Shown: piece after piece, positions 9,600-17,837 of the stretch
How the letters are laid out: each line of letters opens with the position of its first letter
Position numbering within the stretch: the stretch's first letter is position 1
NCBI GenBank assembly: GCA_964357605.1
Contig: CAYHLX010000001.1
Location: forward strand, 5,159-69,158
DNA from: an uncultured Candidatus Saccharibacteria bacterium
GTDB taxonomy: Bacteria; Patescibacteriota; Minisyncoccia; Phycocordibacterales; PALSA-1337
Direction of reading: 5' to 3'
Length of the DNA stretch: 64,000 nt
Notes under the pieces: model-generated
What the model saw: the letters and a program-made list of their open reading frames with translations, nothing else
Databases searched by the model: none
What the model was told of the DNA's origin: nothing
Position numbers and translations under genes: made by a program

Positions 9600-11990
9600 A
9601 TGAACCCCAAGAAATACGTGCTACTCTCTGCACTTGTAGCTGTTATCATTCTCACCATCCTCTTCAACCTCGGAGATATTACATCCAAGGAGATTGTCCA
9701 GTATATCCCACCTATTACCTCCCAATCCCAAACAGCCGCAGTGTCTGACTTCAACTCTAGTTTAGTAGCTCACTATACATTTGATGACACTACCAACGAT
9801 TCTGCAGGATCTAACCACGGTACAGCTGTAGGTGGACCGACGTATACTACTGGCAAGATCGGGAGGGGCTTACAATTTAACAATGATGGTGCGTTTAATA
9901 GCCCGATGCATGTTGTCAGTTCATCTGTTTCCCTCAGCTCTGACTGGTCCGTGTCCTTTTGGGTTTTAAGGATTTCAAATGTCGGGGCGGCTCAATATGC
10001 CGTTTCAATGACTGATGCTACAGGTATACTTGTAAAAGATAGTAGTGGCATTAATAATTGGGGATTTTTTGATGGCACAACAGTTTTAAATGGGTCGGCA
10101 CAGATACCAATACAGAGCTGGACTTTCATAACTGTTACGAAATCGGGAACTACTTATACCCTTTATATAAATGGAGCTTCTGATACTTCTGGTACACTTA
10201 ATGATGTAGATATAAGTAGAATAATGATAGGAGTTAGGTCATCTAATTTTCTTGGGATGCACGGAACACTTGATGACGTTCGCATATATGATCGTGCATT
10301 GAGTGCTGGAGAAGTAAGTCAACTCCATACACTTGGTAGTGGAGGAACTGTCATAGCACCGGATCCAACCCCCACTTCTCAACCAATACCAGTTCCAGAT
10401 CCAGTAGTAGTCACTCCACCTCCAGTTCAACAACAAGTACCACCACCTGTAGTATCTGGTTCGCAAACATACTATATAGACTATGTCTCAGGCAACAATG
10501 CGAACAACGGTACCTCAAAGACTACTCCTTGGAAGGTTCATCCATTCATGAAAGGTTTTACTGGTAGCTATTCACACAAGGCAGGAGACAGATTCATTTT
10601 TAAAGGTGGTGTGACGTGGCCAAACTCATCATTTCAGATGAATATTACCGCCGGTGGAAGCAGTGACAGTGTGCGTGACTATTATGGTGTTGACAAGACT
10701 TGGTATGCCGGTTCCTCGTGGGCTAGACCGGTGTTTGATTTTGAGAATACCCTTATATCCGGTGGCGGTTTTAATTCGGTCGGCCTCCTGATTAATAGTG
10801 CAAACTATATCACAATTGATGAAATAGATTTTGCTAGATACAGAACACCGGCGGTAGGAGCGGGCGACTATGGTTCAGGTACATTAGTCCTCATCGGTTC
10901 ATCCAGTAATATCACCATACAAAATTGTATTGTCCGCGACTGGTCAAATGGTGGTGGTGCCGATGGTGGTTCTGGCGGAGGTATCTGGTCATTTTCAAGT
11001 GGTAGTGGAAACAAAGTCTTGCATTGCATCTTTCATGGCTTTAATACCAATATAAAAGGAGGACGTGCATTATCATTTTATGGTGAGATCGGTTTCAATG
11101 AAGCATATGATTTGAGCACTTTCCTTATGGGTGGAGGCGATGTTCATGATAATTATGTACATAATATGAAAGGTGCCACAGACCCGAATAATCATGAAAA
11201 CGCCTTTTATATAATGGGTGTCAGCAAATTGTACAATAATCTTCTACATGACATTGATCCGGGTAGCTCTTCGTATTATCTAGAACCAGGTTTCTCCAGT
11301 CCATCGGGTACAACAATGGTCTATAATAATGTCGCTTTTAATGTTGGAAATGATGCCCCGATTTCAATCGAGACTGATGGACAGTACGCAGCTTCACAGA
11401 ATATAAAAATTTTCAATAACACTGTTGAACATGGAGTAGGTAATTGTATCCGAACTGTATTGCGCGGAAGCCAACATATTGGCTCGCTTGAAGTCGCTAA
11501 TAATCATTGTATAACTACTGGACCAGCCAAGGATTTTCCTACAGCGACAGTTACAACTCTTACGGACCGGGGTACCGACATAGTTCAGACTCATGCTCAG
11601 GCCGCGTCATCTGGTGCGACTCCTACAAATCGTTACCGGCCGACGTCTGCCAGTTCTCCTGCGATCAATGTTGGGCTATCGCTTCCTAGTTACTTCACGT
11701 CTGACAAATTAGGAGTCGTCCGTCCCCAAAGTACGGTATGGGATGTAGGCGCCTACGAATACCAAGGAAGCGGAACAAATCCTCCTGTAGTCACTCCCCC
11801 CATCACCCCACCAGTAACACCCCCAACCTACAAACCCGGCGACTTCAACAGAGACGGAGCAGTCAATGCCCTAGACTTCTCACTCTTGTCAGGTGCCTGG
11901 AATACCAATACCTCTACATATGATCTAAACAGTGATGGTATTGTGAATACTCTAGACTACGTCATCATGGTGCAGAATTGGACGGGGTAG
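9600..11990 (+). CDS. Secreted LamG - PT/PV linker - beta-helix - dockerin protein (paralog of 5652..8060)
   Basis: N-terminal 'ILTILFNLGDITSKEI...QSQTAAVSDFNSSLVAHYTFDDTTNDSAGSNHGTAVGGPTYTTGKIG' is near-identical to its paralogs. Also 'LDDVRIYDRALSAGEVSQLH', a PVPDPVVVTPPPVQQQVPPPV linker, NN-rich beta-helix repeats, and a C-terminal dockerin 'YKPGDFNRDGAVNALDFSLLSGAWNTNTSTYDLNSDGIVNTLDYVIMVQNWTG'. Confidence 0.75.
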   Translation: MNPKKYVLLSALVAVIILTILFNLGDITSKEIVQYIPPITSQSQTAAVSDFNSSLVAHYTFDDTTNDSAGSNHGTAVGGPTYTTGKIGRGLQFNNDGAFNSPMHVVSSSVSLSSDWSVSFWVLRISNVGAAQYAVSMTDATGILVKDSSGINNWGFFDGTTVLNGSAQIPIQSWTFITVTKSGTTYTLYINGASDTSGTLNDVDISRIMIGVRSSNFLGMHGTLDDVRIYDRALSAGEVSQLHTLGSGGTVIAPDPTPTSQPIPVPDPVVVTPPPVQQQVPPPVVSGSQTYYIDYVSGNNANNGTSKTTPWKVHPFMKGFTGSYSHKAGDRFIFKGGVTWPNSSFQMNITAGGSSDSVRDYYGVDKTWYAGSSWARPVFDFENTLISGGGFNSVGLLINSANYITIDEIDFARYRTPAVGAGDYGSGTLVLIGSSSNITIQNCIVRDWSNGGGADGGSGGGIWSFSSGSGNKVLHCIFHGFNTNIKGGRALSFYGEIGFNEAYDLSTFLMGGGDVHDNYVHNMKGATDPNNHENAFYIMGVSKLYNNLLHDIDPGSSSYYLEPGFSSPSGTTMVYNNVAFNVGNDAPISIETDGQYAASQNIKIFNNTVEHGVGNCIRTVLRGSQHIGSLEVANNHCITTGPAKDFPTATVTTLTDRGTDIVQTHAQAASSGATPTNRYRPTSASSPAINVGLSLPSYFTSDKLGVVRPQSTVWDVGAYEYQGSGTNPPVVTPPITPPVTPPTYKPGDFNRDGAVNALDFSLLSGAWNTNTSTYDLNSDGIVNTLDYVIMVQNWTG

Positions 11991-12006
11991 ATGGGGTAAA
12001 CAGCCA

Positions 12007-12048
12007 AAATCGTGAAAATAGCTTAATTTTATCGGTTTTTCACGATTT
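12007..12048. repeat. Perfect 12-bp inverted repeat (aaatcgtgaaaa ... ttttcacgattt) with about an 18-nt spacer, downstream of the 9600..11990 stop
   Basis: Read directly: 12007-12018 aaatcgtgaaaa and 12037-12048 ttttcacgattt are reverse complements. It could be a terminator/attenuator stem or a protein-binding palindrome. Confidence 0.6.
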
Positions 12049-12052
12049 ACTT

Positions 12053-12074
12053 CATCATGGTGCAGAATTGGACT
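12053..12074 (+). repeat. Orphan copy of the dockerin-gene 3' end (tcatcatggtgcagaattggac) about 60 nt downstream of the intact gene end
   Basis: 22/22 match to the last codons (VIMVQNW) of the dockerin genes ending at 8060, 11990 and 16401, but here it is followed by taactaa rather than ggggtag. Confidence 0.6.
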
Positions 12075-12120
12075 AACTAATGTTGATAAGTTACAGATGG
12101 AATAGTGTATAATAACACCC

Positions 12121-15100
12121 ATGGCCCACCCAAAGACACTTCACAGCATCATCGCACTCATAGCCTGTGCAGGTATCATATTAGCAATTATATTTAGCAC
12201 TAACTCATCACCTGACTCTGTCTCTCTCACCCTCTCACCAGAGAGTAGATCAACTCCAGTCGGAGAAACATTCACTATAGACATAGTCCTCAATACCGCC
12301 AAACAAACAGTATACGGAGTAGACATCAATCGACTACGCTTTGATCCTCGTATTCTAGAGGTAGTTGATATAGATACAGCTACACCAGGAACACAAATAA
12401 CAGCTGGCTCCCTCATGGACGCTACAGTCTTCAACTCTGCTGACAATACTCTCGGTACTATACAGTTCTCTCAAGTCATGACTCCAGGTACCAGTGGAAC
12501 TAACTCATTTACTGGCTCTGGTACTCTCGCTACCGTCACCTTCAAGGTAGTAGCTGAAGGTAAATCAGACATATTCATTGACTTTACCCCTGGCTCAAGT
12601 ACAGCTTCAAATGTCGCTGGACAATCAGGCAATCTCCTATCAGTAGTCAATGGTGGATCATACAAGGGTACACGATCACTTCTCTCAACTATCACTTCTC
12701 AATCTCAAATGGCTGCTGTGGCTGACTTTAACTCTAGTCTCGTTGCTCACTATACTTTTGATGGTAATACCAATGACGGAGCTGGTTCTAACAATGGGAC
12801 TGCAAGTGGTGGACCGACGTATACTACAGGCAAAATTGGACAAGGGCTCAGTCTTGACGGTAGCGATGACAAGATAACTTTTACCGCATTCAATGTACCT
12901 TCAAGCTTTACCATATCAACATGGGTCAACCCTGGGTCAAGTCAATCAAGAGATTGGTCGCAGATTCTAGGGGAAGTTAATACGGGCAGTGGGTTACATT
13001 ATAAAAGAGGGGCAAATAAAATTTCCTATTATTTTTCTGGAGGTGATCATTTGACTAACGGATCTCTAAATGCGGGTCAGTGGCACCATGTTGCTTTGGT
13101 TCAAAACTCTGGTAATTATACGTTTTATATAAATGGTTCTGCTGATGCGAGTGGTACAGGAGGTGTGAGTTTCAATCCTTACATCATAGGTCACAATCAC
13201 TGGGGCGAAACATTTGCCGGTTCACTGGATGACATGCGCATCTACAATCGCGCGCTTGACTCGAGTGAAGTGAGTCAACTCTACGCTCTCGGCAGTGGAG
13301 GTGGTACACCCGCGCCAACACCGGATCCTACGCCTACTCCGATACCAGATCCGACACCAACGCCCAGTCCGACAACCTGTTCTTCCTTTACTTACTCCAG
13401 TTGGGGTACGTGCACAAATAGTACCCAAAGTCGTACCGTGACTTCTTCTTCACCTACTGGTTGTACTGGCGGATCACCGATAACTACTCAGTCTTGTGTG
13501 GTTACAACACCTACTCCGACACCACCTGTAGTAACACCAACACCTTCGCCAATTCCTGGAAACACGACATGTCAGGCAATCAATGGTCATAAGTGCTGGT
13601 ATGTAAATTCTTCAGCGACAGGGTTAAATAATGGTACATCTTGGCAAGATGCATGGAGAAGCTTTGCAGATGTTCAGTTAAAAAATCCCTACCGTGCGTG
13701 CGGCGCGCCTACAGGATGCCTCAATTCTGGGGATACACTCTATATTTCGGGCGGCCCTAGCGGATCCAGCAGAACTTATTCAGGTATTTCTTATACATCC
13801 CCTCAGGGAGTAGGATTTGTTTTTGATGTTGGCCATGAGGAAACTGCAAGGTATGCTACAACTCGTGCAGATGGGATTAAAATAAGGCCAGGACAAGATG
13901 CCGGGCACAATGGCAAAGTGATAATTGATGCCGGAGGGCAGGTAGGAATTGGAGCAAATAATTCTCAATATGTCACAATTGATGGGGAATATAATGGTCA
14001 GAGAAATATCGTTATCAGAAATTCATCTGCCGGAATTACCGTCGTTTCAAGTAATGATGCAATAATTCGCTACGTTGAGATTGATAACGTCTCTTCTATA
14101 GCCATATCGGCAGGACAAACACAAAGAGGAGGTGAAATAGCATACAATTATATCCATCAAGTTCGTGGCGAAGCGGCGATCAACTGCAATGGCACAAACA
14201 ATGAACAAGGAAGTCCCAATCATGGCTATGATAAGATGTTGATTCATCACAATGAAATTCAGCTCAATCGCTGGGATCCCAGTCTGGAACCTTCCAGGAA
14301 TGCTGCAGCTGATGGAATTGGTCCTGATGGAATACAGGGTTGCTATGGCCTGAGCTTCTATAACAATTACATTTATCACAAGCCGGGAATGCTCGCGCCA
14401 CGTTCACAGCATCCGGACATGATCCAATCCGGTGGGGCATACTTGAAAGTATATAATAACGTTTTTGAGAATATGACAGATTCTGCAGTGGATTTTGACT
14501 CACCTTTTGTTGGAAAGGTTAGAATATTCAACAACATATTTAAGTCAACACTCTATACAGGTATACCAAGCGGCATTCGCATGTATTCTTCTGGCACATG
14601 GGGTCCTTTTACAAGCCTAGATGATGTTTATATTCTCAACAATCTTTTTGTTGATACTGGTTATTCTGAACGGGGAGGAAGTCCGATAGGTTTTGGCGCA
14701 GGTTCTGTAACGGCATCAAATATTCACATACTCAACAATATATTCTACAACTCAGGGCATAGTAATTATGGGTCACTCATTAATTCGGCAGCTTCTTCTG
14801 GATTTACTCATTCTGATTTTGATATAGGATACAATCTTGTTGATGCTGGATTGCATGGCACGACTAATATCATTCTTGATGGCACTGCCTTTACACAGCA
14901 TCATCCTCTGAGCGGAAAACCTGCTTGGGTTTCGTATAGTGAAGCTTCACCATCTAATAATTTTAAATTAACGGGATCTGATACATTTGCAATCGATAAG
15001 GGAACAAACTTAACAAACTTGTGCAGTGTGATTGGTCTATCTGAGCTTTGCGCTGACGCAGAAAATAAACCGAGACCTTCTGTCGGAGCATGGGAAATAG

Positions 15101-16401
15101 GAACATACGAATACAACGGCTCTGGCGGAACGCCGACTCCACCTCCAGTAACGCCACCGCCACCGCCACCGCCTTCACCTTTATCCACTTACTACGTTTC
15201 TCCTTCAGGCAATGATTCAAACGCGGGAACATCAGCATCACCATTCCGTACTATCCAAAAAGCCGCTAACATAGTTATTCCTGGAGATACAGTCGTCGTT
15301 AGAAATGGAACATATACTGATACGGATGGAAATAATATCATAGCAACCATCGGTAGGGGCGGTGCGGCTGGAGCACCAGTAACTTTCCGTTCGGAAAATC
15401 CTTTCGGTGCCATATTGAGTGGAAACAATACTGCCGGATTCGGATTTATTTTTGGAAATAATATCAACTATGTCAACATAGAAGGATTTGAAATTAAAGA
15501 TATTGTTGAGGCAGGGATCAACATCAACGAATCAAATTCATATATTACTATTAAGGATAATCGTATTCACCACATTGGTCACATTCAGACACACACACTA
15601 TACGGCATGAGTTGTATTGATGTGGGAAGTAGGGCTCATCATATTACTGTTGCAGGCAATACTATTTATTCCTGCGGAAGGCTGAACCCAAATAATACAA
15701 ACCTTGAAATTCTGGACTCAACCTGTATTACGCCGGTTGGCTATGTCTTTCCTGGAAATGGCATCACATATTCAAAGGAAAACACTTGCTACAACCATGA
15801 TCATGGCATATATGTAAGAGGTGATGATATCAATATTACTAACAATACATTCTACGATATGAAATCTGGTTGGGGAGTGCATGTATATGATGATGCGGCT
15901 CTAAAAGAGCGTATTACTATCACTGGCAACACATTTGCAGATGCCAATCCACAAAGAAACGGCCAGATCATTATCGGTCCACAGACAAGCAATCTGCGTA
16001 TCGAAAGTAATATTTTCTACAATCCATCAGTCTCTGCCATCAGGCTCGGAGACACTTGTGCTGCAGCCGGTCTCACCAGTATCACTATACAGAACAACTC
16101 AACCAACATCGGAGATCTCATCTCAGGAGCCGACGTATCATGCGGGTATACTATCTCCGGCAATCTTCTCAATCAAAATTTCCAATTTGCAAATGAAGCA
16201 GGAAGAGATTATCGTCTCATATCCGGCCAACCTATCGTCAACAAACCAGGCGACTTCAACAGAGACGGAGCAGTCAATGCCCTAGACTTCTCACTCTTGT
16301 CAGGTGCCTGGAATACCAATACCTCTACATATGATCTAAACAGTGATGGTATTGTGAATACTCTAGACTATGTGATCATGGTGCAAAATTGGACGGGGTA
16401 G
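12121..16401 (+). CDS. Giant surface protein: N-terminal cohesin-like domain, LamG domain, PT linkers, Cys-containing module, two right-handed beta-helix regions, C-terminal dockerin
   Basis: Residues about 30-180 ('VSLTLSPESRSTPVGETFTIDIVLNTAKQTVYGVDINRLRFDP...GTIQFSQV...GSGTLATVTFKVVAEGKSDIFIDF') have cohesin-like beta-sandwich features. They are homologous to the N-terminal domains of 21969..23327, 23367..25040 and 25101..25808. LamG 'LDDMRIYNRALDSSEVSQLY'. 'SPFRTIQKAANIVIPGDTVVVRNGTY' is a typical beta-helix cap. The dockerin tail is identical to that of 9600..11990. Confidence 0.7.
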   Translation: MAHPKTLHSIIALIACAGIILAIIFSTNSSPDSVSLTLSPESRSTPVGETFTIDIVLNTAKQTVYGVDINRLRFDPRILEVVDIDTATPGTQITAGSLMDATVFNSADNTLGTIQFSQVMTPGTSGTNSFTGSGTLATVTFKVVAEGKSDIFIDFTPGSSTASNVAGQSGNLLSVVNGGSYKGTRSLLSTITSQSQMAAVADFNSSLVAHYTFDGNTNDGAGSNNGTASGGPTYTTGKIGQGLSLDGSDDKITFTAFNVPSSFTISTWVNPGSSQSRDWSQILGEVNTGSGLHYKRGANKISYYFSGGDHLTNGSLNAGQWHHVALVQNSGNYTFYINGSADASGTGGVSFNPYIIGHNHWGETFAGSLDDMRIYNRALDSSEVSQLYALGSGGGTPAPTPDPTPTPIPDPTPTPSPTTCSSFTYSSWGTCTNSTQSRTVTSSSPTGCTGGSPITTQSCVVTTPTPTPPVVTPTPSPIPGNTTCQAINGHKCWYVNSSATGLNNGTSWQDAWRSFADVQLKNPYRACGAPTGCLNSGDTLYISGGPSGSSRTYSGISYTSPQGVGFVFDVGHEETARYATTRADGIKIRPGQDAGHNGKVIIDAGGQVGIGANNSQYVTIDGEYNGQRNIVIRNSSAGITVVSSNDAIIRYVEIDNVSSIAISAGQTQRGGEIAYNYIHQVRGEAAINCNGTNNEQGSPNHGYDKMLIHHNEIQLNRWDPSLEPSRNAAADGIGPDGIQGCYGLSFYNNYIYHKPGMLAPRSQHPDMIQSGGAYLKVYNNVFENMTDSAVDFDSPFVGKVRIFNNIFKSTLYTGIPSGIRMYSSGTWGPFTSLDDVYILNNLFVDTGYSERGGSPIGFGAGSVTASNIHILNNIFYNSGHSNYGSLINSAASSGFTHSDFDIGYNLVDAGLHGTTNIILDGTAFTQHHPLSGKPAWVSYSEASPSNNFKLTGSDTFAIDKGTNLTNLCSVIGLSELCADAENKPRPSVGAWEIGTYEYNGSGGTPTPPPVTPPPPPPPSPLSTYYVSPSGNDSNAGTSASPFRTIQKAANIVIPGDTVVVRNGTYTDTDGNNIIATIGRGGAAGAPVTFRSENPFGAILSGNNTAGFGFIFGNNINYVNIEGFEIKDIVEAGININESNSYITIKDNRIHHIGHIQTHTLYGMSCIDVGSRAHHITVAGNTIYSCGRLNPNNTNLEILDSTCITPVGYVFPGNGITYSKENTCYNHDHGIYVRGDDINITNNTFYDMKSGWGVHVYDDAALKERITITGNTFADANPQRNGQIIIGPQTSNLRIESNIFYNPSVSAIRLGDTCAAAGLTSITIQNNSTNIGDLISGADVSCGYTISGNLLNQNFQFANEAGRDYRLISGQPIVNKPGDFNRDGAVNALDFSLLSGAWNTNTSTYDLNSDGIVNTLDYVIMVQNWTG
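16377..16401 (+). repeat. Direct repeat copy 1 (the dockerin-gene 3' end catggtgcaaaattggacggggtag) flanking the ATPase gene
   Basis: 24/25 identical to 17743..17767. The two copies bracket the AAA ATPase gene 16532..17725. Confidence 0.7.
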
Positions 16402-16531
16402 GGGTGAAAGTAACTCAAGATGGTAAAAATAGTATTGTAAATTATGTTCAAGAATAAGGGTATTTTAGGTCTTTTTCCTAGATATAAAATTGCACTTTAC
16501 ATCTAGTCAAGATTAATGTAAACTACCATTT

Positions 16532-17725
16532 ATGAATAAAGTATTTTATCCGAGAAAAATATATCCTGAATTAAAGGAACATTTGGAGAGTGATGATGTC
16601 ATGATTATTACTGGCATGCGTCGTACCGGAAAGACTACATTGGTAGAACATATTCTTTCGGAAATAAATTCAAGTAACAAGATATTTTTAGATTTGGAGA
16701 AAATAAGTAATCAGGAAATATTTGGTGATAAAAATTATGATAATGTCATTATTAGTTTAGAACAACAGGGTTTATCTCAGAAGGAAAGAATGTATGTGGC
16801 CTTGGATGAAATCCAGACTATGCCGAACATACCGAGTGTAATCAAATATCTTCATGATCACTATAATATAAAGTTCATTCTTACCGGATCTAGTTCTTAC
16901 TATCTAAAAAATTTATTTACTGAGTCTCTCTCTGGAAGAAAGAAACTTTTTGAACTACATCCTCTGGATTTTGGAGAATTTTTGACTTTCAAAAATGTCT
17001 CATATAAACGACTTGATAGTATAGATTCAGTAGAAACTTTTAATATGCATGAGTATGAAAGACTGAAAGCTTACTATGAAGAATATATTGAGTATGGTGG
17101 TTTTCCAAAAGTTGTACTTGCTCCGTCTGTCAAAGATAAAAAAGATATTCTTGATGATATAATCAGCTCGTACATCAATGTTGATATAAAAAGTATCGCT
17201 GATTTCAAAGATGCTTCAGCAGTTCTCAATATAGCAAAAATGCTGGCGGCCAGGATAGGGGGTAAGCTCGATTATTCCAAATTATCTAGACTGACAGGGC
17301 TCACTCGACCAACGATCGTCAATTATATGTATCTATTTGAACGGACGTATCTCATTTCTCTCATTCCTGTTCATACCAAAAATCCTGATAGAGAAATAGT
17401 TAAGGCTCAAAAAATATATTTTTCGGATAGCGGGCTTGCTGGAATACTTGCTGGTATAGACAGTGGTTCAAAATTTGAAAATACTATTTTCAATCAGCTT
17501 AGACATAAGAGAGAATTAAAGTATTATTCCCTAAAGACTGGCAATGAAATTGATTTTATTGTTGACAAAAAACTAGCATTAGAAGTGAAGGAAACCCCTA
17601 CAGAATTTGACATAAAAAATCTTGCATATTTAGCGGACAAAGCAGGGGTTGTATCTTATAAATTAGTAGGTAGACATCACACTCCCAATTTTTCTAATTA
17701 TATATGGGGTGGAAGTATTTTATGA
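16532..17725 (+). CDS. AAA-family ATPase (AAA_14 + DUF4143-type architecture)
   Basis: Walker A 'ITGMRRTGKTTL'. Overall length and layout are typical of the widespread AAA+DUF4143 'ATP-binding protein' family. It is flanked by direct repeats of the dockerin 3' end. Confidence 0.8.
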   Translation: MNKVFYPRKIYPELKEHLESDDVMIITGMRRTGKTTLVEHILSEINSSNKIFLDLEKISNQEIFGDKNYDNVIISLEQQGLSQKERMYVALDEIQTMPNIPSVIKYLHDHYNIKFILTGSSSYYLKNLFTESLSGRKKLFELHPLDFGEFLTFKNVSYKRLDSIDSVETFNMHEYERLKAYYEEYIEYGGFPKVVLAPSVKDKKDILDDIISSYINVDIKSIADFKDASAVLNIAKMLAARIGGKLDYSKLSRLTGLTRPTIVNYMYLFERTYLISLIPVHTKNPDREIVKAQKIYFSDSGLAGILAGIDSGSKFENTIFNQLRHKRELKYYSLKTGNEIDFIVDKKLALEVKETPTEFDIKNLAYLADKAGVVSYKLVGRHHTPNFSNYIWGGSIL

Positions 17726-17742
17726 CACCAAGACTAGCGTCT

Positions 17743-17767
17743 CATGGTGCAGAATTGGACGGGGTAG
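17743..17767 (+). repeat. Direct repeat copy 2 (catggtgcagaattggacggggtag), an orphan dockerin 3' end with no gene attached
   Basis: Read directly. It encodes ...MVQNWTG* but is not preceded by a dockerin ORF, because it lies 18 nt after the ATPase stop. Confidence 0.7.
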
Positions 17768-17837
17768 AATGGCATCTACACCCTAGGTTATTAACAGAGT
17801 AAACTCCCTGAATTGCATTTTGTGATATCATTAACCC

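Noticed and set aside
9572-9754. Minus-strand ORFs 9572..9754 and 17831..18049 with near-identical products
   Set aside because: They are antisense to the conserved N-terminal leaders of the dockerin paralogs. Their similarity only reflects paralogous sense-strand sequence.
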